DNA from: Malacoraja senta | Taxonomy: Eukaryota | Reading direction: 5' to 3' | DNA length: 64,000 bases | Assembly: GCA_038087875.1 (NCBI GenBank) | Contig: CM075994.1 | Coordinates: forward strand, 5,768,001-5,832,000 | Part shown: positions 24,263 through 36,815 of the stretch, piece by piece | How the letters are laid out: the number at the start of each line of letters is the position of its first letter | How positions within the stretch are numbered: position 1 is the stretch's first letter | The notes under the pieces: model-generated | Database searches by the model: none | Told to the model about the DNA's origin: nothing | The model's input: only the letters and a program-made list of their open reading frames with translations | Translations under genes and position numbers: made by a program

Positions 24263-24622
24263 ACAAGATCTTGTTGAATACTGGATCAATGTCATCACCA
24301 AGTTGTGCGAACTTTGATTTAAAGAAGAACGCAGATGACAATATAGTTCACTTTCCAGAGGAAGTAATAACCACTTTGAAGAGTAATTTCTATGTGGATG
24401 ATTGCTTAAAATCCATGTCTACTGAGCAAGAAGCAATTCAAATGGTAAAACATGTGATTTCCCTCTGCAATAAGGGAGGATTCACGGTTTCCAAGTAGAT
24501 CAGCAACAAACGTGTTGTATTGGAAAGCATTCCACCAGATGATAGAGCCAAGGAGATCAGATAGTTAGATTTGGACAAAGATAATTTGCCAATGGAAAGA
24601 GCATTGGGGGCTACTAATGTTT

Positions 24623-24898
24623 TAAGTAAGTAAGTAAGCTTATTGGCCAAGTATTCACATACCAGGGATTTGCCTTGAAACTCCGCCCACAAGTAACAAC
24701 ATGACATACAGTGACAGTTGAGAATAACACAGAAAACACTAAACATTAATAATAAAAAAACATTAATGATAAAACACCATTGATCAAGCATGTGAACGAA
24801 CAAAATACCAGATCAAAGTGAGGCTACAGATTTTTGACTGTTTAGAGCAATTACTCGTGGATAAAAACAGTTTTTACGTCTGGCTGTGGCTGCTTTAC
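24623..24898 (-). mobile_element. LINE 3' end (Rex1/L2-like) nested in BEL
   Basis: (TAAG)n tail and TTTATT (AATAAA on minus) interrupt BEL pol just after LPMERALG. Confidence 0.6.
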
Positions 24899-25237
24899 AA
24901 TTGAAATGTGTTAACATAAAAGAATATCCTGCGGATGAATCTTCTAGAGAACTGACAGTGAACCGCTTCTTAAGCAATAAGAGATGGATCAATGAACTAG
25001 AGTTTCTCTATAAGCCAGACAGAGAATGTCCAAAACTTGAGCTGGGATTTGAAATCTCTGCTAATGATCCGGAAATTAAACAAAACATCATATTGAACGT
25101 GATTGCTAAAACTCCTATTATTCTCTGGAAGGATTTTCACACTTCAATATTATTGTTGCAACACATCCATGAATAGATCGGACATGGAGGATGAAGTGGC
25201 TAGAGGGAGCAATCTCTTGAACGACCTGCCACAATAC

Positions 25238-25420
25238 CCGTTTCCTCCCAAATTCCAAGACGTACAGGTTTGGCAGCGTTTGCTACTGCTTCGGTAAACA
25301 TTGTTAATTGTCCCTAATATCTGGTGTACGGGGGACGCTGATCGGCCCGGACTCGGTGGGCCGAAGGGCCTGTTTTCGCGTTGTATCGTCAAACTAAACG
25401 AAATCAAATTAAAATTAAAA
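25238..25420 (+). mobile_element. HE1-like SINE, 3' half (continuation of 19319-19452)
   Basis: GTTTCCTCCCA..TCCAAGACGTACAGGT...GACTCGGTGGGCCGAAGGGCCTGTT, with AAACT/AAATT-type tail. Confidence 0.85.
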
Positions 25421-26733
25421 TGTGCTTCAGAGCGATTGATATACAACTTCGAAAATATTTGCTAACTTTGCAAACTTTAAAAACTGGGGAGCGAAAATGG
25501 GAAATTGCACTTTTAAAACGACGTCTCGCTATATTTGACTATGTTCTTCAACGTCGGTTATCCTTTGCAAACAAGTGTATGTTTTTGTATTTTCCATTCC
25601 AACAGAAAAAGAAATTGAGCAAAAAGATAAAGGTAATGAATAGATTGGTCATTCTGCTGGTCATACGGGAGGTTGTGTTCACCCCTTACGGTAACCTCTG
25701 AGGAAAAGTGCCCGCAACTTACTTTGTCCCCCCTTTCATGGTGGCTTTGCCAGATTGGCACCGACATTCACAGCTATTCAAAGAAACATAAATTTACGTT
25801 ATTGGAAATATAACATCGCTTTCGTTGTAGCTGTTGTGAATTGAAGGAAACATACCACTGCATTCCATATGGAACCAACATCGCTATTAACAATGCAGTG
25901 TTATCGGCTGTCAATTCTGGGTTTATACAAAGCAACACAAGGAAGTTCAATAAAGCACAGGCGCGCATGTGGACAATCTGTCCAATTACTCGGAATGATC
26001 ATGAAGATGGAAAGGACGTTAAATGTCGTCGTTGCAGACAGATATTAAAGTGGGGGGAAATTAATTTTTTTTGCAGAAATAAAAAAAAATAAAGCCGATT
26101 GTGCTTTGGAAGGTGAGCGGAACACTGGCATACACGCCTTTACTACACGTATCTACATGCATAACACCTTACATTAACGTCGCATTGCAAATAAAATATT
26201 GAAGTGAACCTTTCGCAAAGTTTTACATCCTTATTTATAACAGATATCTGTCAGATATTAAGTATGTTAACATGCATGTCAAATTGAAATCTAACAGTGC
26301 ATTGCGAATATTCTCGGACATTAAAACTTGATACCAGAAGAACTGTACAATACGTTCCCAAAGAGACTTCTATAATATGAATGTTATTATTTTTACACGA
26401 ACTAAACAGAGGAAACGAAGGATAAAGGTTAGAGTGTCGTTTTGGAAATAATAATGTATCTGAATGTATGCAGATGTTTGAAATATACCAAAGGTCACAC
26501 CTAAGGTACTGGAAGTCACACCTAAGATACTGGAAGACAGAAGGTGGGTGACGGTGAGAAAGGGAGGGGAACATGGAATGCAAAGGTCCCCGGGTGTTGA
26601 ACCTTTTGAGAACAGGTTCACCCAATTAGAAGCTGCCTGGACAGATGACGTTAACACACTGAGCGGCTGACTGGCTTGCAAAGCAAAAAGGGCTGTTAAG
26701 CCAAAACCAAAGAGGCCGACGTCAGGCAACGCC

Positions 26734-27237
26734 GTGGCAGTTGGGGACTCCTTTGTGAGAGGTACGGTCAGGGGTGTCTGCGGCAACAGACGGGATTCGA
26801 GGACGGTGTGCTGCCTCACTGGTGCCAGGATCCAGGATGTCACGGACAGAGTGCAGAAAATCCTCAAGGGCGAAGATGAACAGCCGAAAGTTGTAGTGCA
26901 TGTCGGCACAAACGAACTCGGAAAGAAGGGAATGAATATTCTGCAACGTGACTTTAGAGAGGTCGGAAAAATGCTGAAAAGTAGGACCTCCAGGGTGGTT
27001 ATCTCCGGTTTGCTTCCAGTTCCTCTTGCTGGCGAGAGCAGGAACAGGGATATAGAGGAACTGAATGTGTGGCTGAGGAACTGGTGCAGGGGGCAGGGAT
27101 TTGGATTCTTAGACCACTGGGATCTGTTTTGGAGTAAGGGGGAACTGTACAAAAGGGACGGATTGCACCTTAACAGGTGGGGGCCCAGCATTATGGCAGG
27201 CAGGTATGCCACTGCTACACCGGTGGTTTTAAACTGA
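26734..27237 (+). pseudogene. CR1 ORF1 SGNH/GDSL esterase domain
   Basis: VGDSFVRG, CCLTGARIQDV, VVVHVGTN, DGLHLN blocks. Confidence 0.9.
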
Positions 27238-27409
27238 ATAAAGGGGGTGGGGTTTCAAACGGTATAGTCAAGGACGGAGTTAAAACAAAAGAGAGTAAAG
27301 GGGTAGTTAATGACCCCGGAATTAACGGGAAGGAAAGCTCACAAAGGGGTAGGATAGTATGGCCAAGTATAATAGGGATCGACGTGAAAGGTGAGATGCG
27401 AAAGGAATT

Positions 27410-29935
27410 ACATGTATTGTATATGACTGCGCGAAGTATAAGAAGTAAAGTAGATGAGCTTGAGGCTCAATCTGAACGTGCAGATTACTGAGACGTGGCT
27501 GCAGGAGGAACGGGCCAGGGAACTTAATATTCAGGGTTATACATCCTATAGAAAGGACAGGCAGGTAGGCAGAGGAGAGGGAGTAGCTCTGCTGTTGAGG
27601 GATGGAATTCATTCCCTTGCGAGGGAAGACATAGGGACTGACGAGGTAGAGTCACTGTGGATTGAGTTGAGGAATTGTAAAGGCAAGACGACACTAATTG
27701 GTTTTATCTACAGATCCTCAAATAGTAGCCCGATGTAGGGTGTAAGTTGCAGCAGGAGTTAAAACTAGCATGTAACAAAGGTAATGGTGATGGGGGATTT
27801 CAATATGCAGGTAGACTGGGAAAACCAGGTTGGTTCAGGACCCCAAGAAAGAGAGTGTGTAGAGTGCCTCGGAGATGGATTCTTAGAGCAGCTTGTAATG
27901 GAGCCGACCAGAGAAAAGGCAATTTTGGATTTAGTGTTGTCCAATGAACCGGATATGATAAGAGAACTCGAGGTAAAGGAACCGCTTCGAGGTAGTGATC
28001 ATAATATGATTAGTGTTAATCTGCAATTTGAGAAGCAGAAAGGTAGATCGGAAGTGTCAGTGATGCAGTTGAACAAAGGGGACTATGAAGGCATGAGAGA
28101 GCAGCTGGCCAATGTACACTGGAAAGGGATCCTAACAGGAATGACGGTGGAACAGCAAAGGCACGTATTTCTGGGCATAATCCGGAAGACGCAAGATTAT
28201 TTCATTCCAAAAAGGAAGAAAAATTCTAAGGGGAGTAGGAAGCAACCGTGGCTGACAAGAGAAGTTAATGGTAGATTAAAACTAAAAGAAAAGATGTATA
28301 ACACAGCAAAGAGTAGCCAGAAGCCAAAGGATTTCGGAAACATTCATAGGACAACAGAAGGAAACAAAACACGCAGTACGGGGTGAAAAGATGAAGCACG
28401 AAGGGAAACTGGCCAGGAATATAAAGAAGGACAGCAAAAGCTTCCTTAGATATGTTAAGGGGAAAAGAGTAGCAAAGTCAAATGTGGGTCCCTTGAAGGC
28501 AGACACGGGTGAAATTATTATGGGGAACAAGGAAATGTCAGAAGAGTTGAACAGGTATTTCGGATCTGTCTTCAATAAGGAAGACACAAACAATCTCCCA
28601 GAAGTACTGGAGGACAGAGGATCTAAGGGGGTAGAGGATCTGAAATACATTTTTATTCGGCGATAAATAGTATTGGGTAGGCTAATGGGGCTGAAGGATT
28701 ATAAATACCCTGCGCCTGATGGTCTACAACCCAGGGCCCTCAGGGAGGTGGCTCTAGAAATAGTGGACGCATTAGTGATCATTTTCCAATGTTCAATAGA
28801 TTCAGGATCAGTTCCTGTGGATTGGAGGAGAACTAATTTTATCCCACTTTTCAAGAAAGGAGCGAGAGAGAAAACGGGGAATTACAGACCAGTTAGCGTG
28901 ACTTCGCTGGTGGGAAAGATGCTGGAGTCAATTATTAAAGAGGTAATAATGGGGCATTTGGATAGTAGTAAAAGGATTAATCCAAGTCAACATGGATTTA
29001 TGAAAGGGAAATCATGCTTGACTAATCTTCTGGTATTTTCTGAGGATGTGACAAGTTAAATGGATGAATGGGTGCCAGTGGATGTAGTGTATCTAGATTT
29101 TCAGAAGCCTTTGATAAGGTCCCGCACGAGAGACTGGTGACTAAAATTAGAGCGCATGGTATTGGGAGTAGGGTGTTGACATGGATAGAAAATTGGTTGG
29201 CAGACAGGAAGCAAAGAGTAGGAGTGAACGGGTCCTTTTCAAAATGGCAGGCAGTGGCGAGTGGAGTGCCACAAGGCTCGGTGTTCGGGTCGCAACTATT
29301 TACCATATATATTAATGATTTGGAAGAGGGAATTAGGAGCAACACTGGCAAGTTTGCGGATGACACAAAACTGGGTGGCAGTGTGAACTGTGAAGAGGAT
29401 GTTAAGTGGTTGCAGGGTGACCTGGACAGGTTGAGTGAGTGGGCAGATACGTGGCAGATGCAGCATAATATAGATAAATGTGAGGTTATCCACTTTGGCG
29501 GCAAAAACAAGGGGGCAGATTATTATCTCAATGAGGTGAGGTTAGGTAATGGGGAGGTGCAGCGAGACCTGGGCGCCCTTGTACACCAGTCACTTAAAGT
29601 TGGCGTGCAGATACAGCAGGCAGTTAAGAAAGCTAAGGGAATATTGGCCTTCATAACAAGATTATATCAGTATAGGATTAAAGAGGTTCTCCTGCAGTTG
29701 TACAGGGCTCTGGTTAGACCACATCTGGAGTATTGTGTTCAGTTTTGGTCTCCTAATTTGAGGAAGGACATCCTTGTGATTGAGGCAGTGCAGCGTAGGT
29801 TCACGAGATTGATCCCTGGGATGGCGGGACTGTCATATGAGGAAAGGTTGAAAAGACTAAGCTTGTATTCACTGGAGTTTAGAATGATGAGGCGGATCTT
29901 ATAGAAACATGTAAAGTTATAAAAGGACTGGACAA
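27410..29935 (+). pseudogene. CR1 ORF2 (APE endonuclease + RT), fragmented
   Basis: ITETWL, MGDFN, ILDLVL, SDHN, NYRPVS, QHGF..KSCLTNL, AFDKVPH, SGVPQGSV, KFADDTKL across several frames. Confidence 0.93.
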
Positions 29936-31017
29936 CCCAAAGGATTTTCACCCAGAGAGTTGTTAATTTGTGGAATTCCCTGCCACACAGGGCAGTGGAG
30001 GTCAAGTCACTGGATGGATTTAAGAGAGAGTTAGATAGAGCTTTCGGGGCTAGTGGAATCAATGGATATGGGGAGAAGGCAGGCACGGGTTATTGATTTC
30101 GGACGATCAGCCATGATCACAATGAATGGCGGTGCTGGCTCGAAGGGCCGAATGGACTCCTCCTGCACGTATTTTCTATATTTCTATGTTTCTATACGGA
30201 TCGTCTAAGTATGCTGATATTGATATCTGCAAAGATACATACATTAAGGTTGAATATATGGCATTTATTCATGTGCTGTTGCGCAAGTTGTGCTAATTTA
30301 CAATCATGGAATGCAGTTCAGAAAACGAGCAGATGACCGAGGGTGTCATGAATCCATGAACGACCCATCCCAGATGTTGTCTGCAGAACTATTAATCACA
30401 AAATATTCTATGCGTTATTTTGTTTTGTTACACGCACTAGTAAATCAGCGAGCAAAGCCTTACTGGAGAGAAATGGGAAATAAATCTCCATCCAAAGAAG
30501 AAAATGGAGGGAAAAATCACCGTTAAAAAGAAAATGTGATTCGAGAAAGGTCACCTGGAGTAGTCAGAACAAAGCTCAGGCTGGTACAGGATGAGTTACA
30601 AACATTGATTGCATAGTTAAGTTAAACGGAATGGGAGAAGTAGCAGCCAATGGAAAACAACTTAGTTTTCTTGAATGCAAAAGAAATTGTCGTTGGATAA
30701 TTGGGACTCTTCAGGAAAAAACAGCAAATTGCAAATCTAGAAATATTCTTATGAATTAATCAAAGCTTCTCATGCGAATCAGGCTTCTCTTGCACGGCAC
30801 TGAATAAGCGTAACAACCATTATATTATTAAACAGTTGGGCAGACAGAGAGGCAGGGAATCCGATTCTCCTCTCTAAATTCGTATATACATAAAACCGAA
30901 ATGAAAATTTGTTCCATATTTTAATGCTAGTATTAAGGCACTCCTTTACACCCGATTCAGAGTTATACTATTAGTTTCGCACAAATGGAAGGGTCGTCAT
31001 TTTTTTTTTTGTTCAGT

Positions 31018-31318
31018 TAACAGCACGAAAACAGACCCTTTGTGCCACCGAGTCCGCACCGTCCAGCAATCTCCGCACTTTAACACACACACTAGGGACA
31101 ATTTACACTTATACAAACTCAAGCCGATGAACCTACAAACCAGTCTTAAGTCAGTGGGAGGAGAACAAAGTTCTCGGATAAAACCCAATCGGTCACGGGG
31201 AGAACATACAGACTAGGTATAGACAGAATCCGTATTCGGGATAGAACCCTGTTCTCTGGCACTGCAAGCGTTGCTAGCGCTGCAAGGCAGTAAATCTACC
31301 TCAGCGCCACCCTGCTGC
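31018..31318 (-). mobile_element. HE1-like SINE
   Basis: Reverse complement of head (CTACCTCAGCGCCACC) and tail (CCACCGAGTCCGCACCG). Confidence 0.8.
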
Positions 31319-31554
31319 AATTATCGGACTGCTCCCCTGCACATATGCGCTTGCGCCATGAAGACATCCACCACAAGAAGGACGGGAAGAATAAGCCTCG
31401 TCAAGAAAGCAGCTACGCCAACCTTTGCGTGATGGTGAAATATTCGCCTAAAATAATTTGCTGAATGATGTTTGACCATGTTCACTGCCCAGCCGAATGT
31501 GTACTGCTATTTCCGCTTCCGTACTTGTTGTTTGCGACCGATACTATCGTGAAA

Positions 31555-31695
31555 TTCAAGGTCAGAAGAAGGGTCACGCGCCAAAACGACACCCATTCCT
31601 TATCTCCAGGAATGCTGCCTGTCCCGCCGAGGCACTCTGGTATTTTATGCCTTTCTTCGGTTTAAATCGGCATTTGCAGTTCCTTCCGGCACAAA
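31555..31695 (+). repeat. Penelope terminal-repeat fragment, hammerhead core degenerate
   Basis: CAGAAGAAGGGTCACGCGCCAAAACGACACC...GGCATTTGCAGTTCC. Confidence 0.7.
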
Positions 31696-31924
31696 ATCCA
31701 AGAACTGTTAAGGTACACCTGTTTCTTCGGCCCAGTTGGAGAAGTTTACTCCGTCCAATCACAGGCTCACAACTTCAGAGACCCGATTGTATCCTTCCCT
31801 TGGCTACCACCTGTTTTAAGTATCTAGTGCCCCACCGTGGAACTTGCTTTCCTCCACTGCATCGATTCCCGCACACATTCCGATAAGCATTGGATGGTAG
31901 AATAATTGGCTGCAGTAATGTAGC

Positions 31925-32270
31925 TATTCCGAGAGGAATGGATCGGGTAGATGCCCAGATTAGGAGAACTAAGGACCACAGGACATATATGTAAGGTGTT
32001 GGGGAAATGATTTAATAGGAATCTGAGGGGCAACATTTGCACACAAAGGGTTGTGGGTGTATGGAACAAGCTGCCAGAGGAGGTATTGGAGGCTGGGACT
32101 ATCCCAAACTTTAAGAAACAGTTAGACAAGTACATGGATAGGACAGGTTTGGAGGGATATGGATCAAGTGCAGGCAGGTGGGACTAGTGTTACTGGGACA
32201 TGTTTGTCCGGTGTGGATGAGTTAGGCTGAAGGGCCTGTTTCCACACTACCAGTCTATGACTCTACGACT
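31925..32270 (+). mobile_element. CR1 3' fragment
   Basis: RTTGH..KV.G, QRVVGVWNKLP, 3' UTR and CTATGACT-type tail. Confidence 0.85.
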
Positions 32271-33204
32271 TGCCTGAATTTACTTTTGTAACTGTAACTG
32301 GTAGATAGAGGAATCAATAGATCGATAGAGAAGTAAAACGAAAATAAAGCACGATGGATAGATAGATGAGCAAAGAGGATGCTGCTGGATAGAATGGCGT
32401 TTTGTGTATGGCTGAAGGACTATTTTTTTGGTAGACGAGTCGACGGCATCTGAGATAATTTTACCGGTTTCAACATCAGTGATAAATCAGTGTTATAACA
32501 TCAATTCAGATTTGCCCATCGTTATTGTGGACCATTAATACGTTACGGTGCATTAAAATCAGGAAACATAATATCGAATGTGGCATTTAAACCCTTAAAA
32601 ATCTATAGTGCCTAAATTAATGCTATCAGCATAAGCGTCTAAATTACGATTGCCTGGTCCCTCAATGCTGATTTCTGCCATCGACAGGTTCAACCTGGCG
32701 TACGATGTTTGAGCGGATAGCGACAGAATCGCGGCACTCCAATGATTGCGTCTGCATGACGTCTATTGATACCTTGACGGGAAAACATTGCAATAAAAGA
32801 AACTAAAATATATAACTTATTTATTTCCCAGAAATCAAAAAACTGAAGAGGGACTTGGCAGCAACGAGTAGGAAAAAGACAATTATCTATATTTTCATGC
32901 AACATGTAAAAATAACAGAATCAGTGTCTTCCATGCAATCGATCATTACGCGTCTCGGTGGTTATAATTTGGTACACAATGAGATGGATCTCGCTCGATC
33001 TGAATTGCAATATGTCTGCCTTCGCTTGATGACTGTTTACAATCTTAAGCTCTGTTTATTGAATGGCTCGCAACAGTCCAAACACCTGTTCTTTCTTATG
33101 TTTCCCGCTATTTGAAGGCCGAAAGCAACTCTGTCAGATTTGACAAACTTATTTTCCTTTCTTATTTTTTGGGGCTACGCTGTCCATTGTTTCAGTGATA
33201 CAGC

Positions 33205-33327
33205 ACGGAAACCCACGCGGAAACGGGGAGAACGTACAAACCCTGTACAGTCACCACCTGTAGCCAGGATCGAACCTGCGTCGCTGGCGCTAAAAGTTAG
33301 CAACTCTACCGCTGCGCCACCGTGCCG
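33205..33327 (-). mobile_element. HE1-like SINE 5' fragment
   Basis: GGATCGAACC and CTCTACCGCTGCGCCACCGTGCC are reverse-complement B and A boxes. Confidence 0.8.
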
Positions 33328-35092
33328 ACTCCAAATCTTATTATGACATCTTACATGTCATGATACAATGTCCTTAACATTACATTTTCGCTTCTTCCTA
33401 TTATTGGTCGGATTAACTTGTGTGCAGATTAACAATCTCTGCTGCTGTCCTCTGCTTCTTCCTTTCTTAAATAGTATCTCGCCCATTCTGGCAATGCCTA
33501 CATAATGATGCGTGTGTAAGAAAATGTTCACAGTGCACTTACTATTTTGATTAATTTTTATAAGACTATTTACTTATTATATATAAGAAACTAACCTAAG
33601 TAATTAAAAATAAGGATTAAGATATGCCTTGAATATCTTATATTGTGACTGATGTCGAGCGGGTATGTCTTCCTGTGAGTCCAGGCCTTGCATGTAGTAC
33701 TTCATCAAACACAACTCGATTTGTTTGCATGTGTGATATTAGGAATTCCGATTTGCAGTATCCGACCCCCCGCATTCTGCACATCTGTGCGACACATGCG
33801 CAATTGAATCAAATGGTGTGTGTGGTATTGCATTTCTAATATAGTTAATTATACATTATTCTGCGAGATGTTTAGTCTGCGTGTTAATGGCATTATGTTC
33901 AAGTTCTCAAACAACACTACTCGTAATTGAGACTGGATTGTTCGTAATAACCGCCGTACAGCCTTTGCTGCGATTTTGTTGCTGAAGCCATTGGCTTCAT
34001 AGTCCAGCAAGACAGGCGTTGAAGGACGTAGAGAAAATATTTGACATCAAAAAATTGTGCATTTACCAGCTTTCGAGAAATGCCAGACTCATGTTTATCG
34101 TATTGCACTTCGTTTTATTAAATGAGCAACGTCGATATTAGATATCAATATATTCATGTTAAAGCTTCCAAATTTTATTTTGTAATTTTACAACAGCCGA
34201 ACGATTTGATGAACAAACAAAAAGTAAATGATAAATAAATACATTACTTGAATAGTTGATGTCATGCGGGAGGCTGGAATTGTACAGCTTGGGACAATAA
34301 AAAGCAAGATAGCACCAATGGCGAATCTATTGTCTGATCACTAATTGCAGGATATCAAAAAAACACGTTGACGTTTAGTCGCACTGCATATCATGCTCCT
34401 GGCATAGAATGTGAAGCAAAGTGCCAAAACAGCACTTGCATCCTGTTGGTGTTCTGGGCAATACAAAAAGTAGGATTACAGGCATATTTGAATAAAACCG
34501 ATGCAAAATAGAACAACTCAACGGAATATACAACACTGTTTTGCTTTGGAAATTTATTTAGGCCTTTTTTAGAGCATAAAAATGCAACTGGTCTGTGTTG
34601 AAACAAGTCGCAGCGTATGTCAATTTTCTGGTGTGATAAATGTCCATCAGTCATACGATTCTATTCTTCAATTCTCAATGGAGTTTACCTGATGCAGTTT
34701 TAGTTTCGGTGTGAAAGCGATGCACCTAATATTGCTCAGTTGTCAACCTATAAATATAGATAATAGGTGCAGGAGTAGGCCATTCGGCCCTTCGAGCTAG
34801 CACCGCCATTCAAGGAACTTCTACAATCATAAGTTTCCTGAGAAATGGAAAAAATGTATTGGACATAGCACCAATATTCAGTGGAACCTGAAGATATTTT
34901 CACAGCTCTAAAATTAAATCTCAGGTCAGAAATAATATTCTGATTAAAATTACATTAGGACCAATAATGAAGTAAAAAGCAAATATTTTGTAATTTGACA
35001 TTTTTATCCGCAGTTTCCTATTTTTCAATGTGGCGAATCATCGTGAACAAGTAGACGGAGACCACATTATTTTCAGGAATTTCTCCTAGTTC

Positions 35093-35225
35093 TCTTCTTC
35101 TTCTTCTTCTTCTTATCAAGTCCACACACAAGATTAGAAGTTATTCAACCAGAACTGAACACACTTCTCGGCATCTGCATACAATGGTGTCTGTCTTGCG
35201 CTTCTTGTGCTTCTTGTGCACGGTG
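35093..35225 (-). mobile_element. Possible RTE-like LINE 3' end with (GAA)n tail
   Basis: (TTC)n on + and minus-strand AQDR motif near an ORF end; weak. Confidence 0.35.
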
Positions 35226-36054
35226 GTGGAAGGTTTGGTGGCAAACATGAATAACCCCGTATGCAACTTGATGAGCATTATCAGTAGTGTATGACGAATT
35301 TACAGTAGATATTGTTTTGTGTGTCATGGTTCAATGTACCAGAACTTTATCCCTAATACCCACTCCTTTTGCACCTCACATTCCTTTATTGTCGGACAAC
35401 CATTTGATAGCCAACTCCATATACTTTCTTGCTGCCTATTTTGGTTTTAATCCCACTTTGTGAAATACGCTGACCAAATTTTTCCATGTTATAGAAGAAC
35501 TCTTGTTATACAATTATTGTCGAAGCAAAATTTGCGATCGATATTTACCCTCTTGGTTGTTCCCCTTCAACGTCACACCTCTCAGTCACTCCTGAAATTC
35601 TGCCCAGACACAGAAACTCCGTAGATTCAGCCAGGGGCTAATGTCTTCGTTTCCCATAGATAGTTATGACGATAGTTAAGATAAACAATGCACCTCAACA
35701 TTGTACATCTGACTAGCACGAGGTGTCCTCGCCTGTTAATTCAAATTCGAGTTACAGGCTGCAAAGCATTAAGATTTGAGTTGGATAAGTAAAACTGCGT
35801 CTTGAAAACTAAATATGCTAGCTTTTCAAGTTAGTTTGCGGGCTTTCAGCGGCTTACAGTTTTTCATTTTCTACTTTGATTAACTTTGTCGAAGTTTGCA
35901 GGAAAGTTTGAAGTTACACGTTTGGCCCTTGTATGCTGTTATTTCACCCCGATCATGCAAGCTAAAATGACTGATGTTTGAGCGGATCGAGCTCCTGAAC
36001 GGCCAAGCAAAATTTCAGCAACTCTTCAATCTTTTCTCTTTGGATTTTGTCCAC

Positions 36055-36270
36055 CAAGTTGCCTATCGATTACCCCTCACCTGTATACAACTAATACTTG
36101 CCAGGCTTTCTCCTTCCCTCCCCTCTTTCCGTTTTCTCTACCCCCCACCACATACAATCTGATTGAAGAAGGATGTCGATCCGAAACATTACCTATCCAT
36201 GTTCTCCAGAGACACTGCCTGACCCGCTGAGTTACAGTATTCCAGCACTTTATGCTTCAGTTTCTTGTTT
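36055..36270 (+). repeat. Penelope terminal-repeat fragment
   Basis: TTGAAGAAGGATGTCGATCCGAAACATTACC..TTCTCCAGAGA..GACCCGCTGAGTTAC..TCCAGCAC. Confidence 0.75.
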
Positions 36271-36479
36271 CGCTGGCTACGTTTATTTGCACTTACTGTA
36301 GCGTTGAAGAAAGAAATAATGTACTTCCACCAGCACATATGCTAGCAATGCTTTGAATCATTGATGCTGTGTTAACAGCGCATGTTTGGGTTTTGACTTA
36401 ATCTAATTCAACGATAAAGGGGTATAAATGGGTATATCTAAAGTTATAAAAATGCTTATCTGCTGAAACATACAAATGT

Positions 36480-36815
36480 TGTTAAATGTTCAAAGACCTC
36501 GACAGAGTAGACGTGAAGAGGATATCCCATTAATGGCAGTGTCGAGGATCAGAAGGTACAGACCCAGGAGAAAAGGATGTGCCTTTAGACAGGAGATGAG
36601 GAAGAATTTCTTGAGCCACAGGTGGGTGAATCTGTCGATTTAGTTGCCACAACCAACTGTGGAATTCATGTTTGGGTATTTTTCAGGCGCAGACTGACAG
36701 GATATCGATTAGTTAAGGTTCCAAAGGTTAGGCCAAAAGGCAGGAGAATATGGTTGAAAGGGAAAGACATATTAGTCATGATGGAATGGCTTAATTCCGC
36801 CCTTTGACTTATGAA
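36480..36815 (+). mobile_element. Old CR1 3' fragment
   Basis: GACAGAGTAGACGTG..GAGATGAGGAAGAATTTC..CAGGTGGGTGAATCTG similar to other CR1 tails in the window. Confidence 0.65.

Larger units (their letters stand above)
20463..25195 (+). pseudogene. BEL/Pao gag-pol, many stops and frameshifts
   Basis: IEIPTYDGD..YESF gag motif; three Cys/His knuckles (CLLCDEVCH..C, CFGC..GH...C, CDKCKQNHPEALH); protease TYAF.D.GS.ATF; RT WYIPHHGV, LLQGPDLTNSL, SSPSCANF, NFYVDDCLKS; integrase start LLQHIHE.IGHGG. Confidence 0.88.
19455..25233 (+). mobile_element. Decayed BEL/Pao LTR retrotransposon with internal deletions
   Basis: 5' LTR, PBS-like TAGTGTCGAAG (~19920), gag-PR-RT relics, start of integrase, probable 37-bp 3' LTR remnant at 25197-25233. 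Confidence 0.88.
26490..30195 (+). mobile_element. CR1/HER1 LINE, long decayed copy (ORF1 esterase, ORF2 APE-RT, 3' UTR)
   Basis: See ORF entries; internal deletion near 29935; TTTCTATG tail. Confidence 0.95.

Noticed and set aside
26370..27212. 280-aa minus-strand ORF (likewise 45135-45677, 61051-61395, 29022-29510)
   Set aside because: Antisense shadows of retroelement ORFs with no independent motifs.
26734..27237. Captured host lipase/esterase gene
   Set aside because: An SGNH esterase is a known ORF1 domain of CR1-group LINEs and sits directly upstream of ORF2 in both copies.
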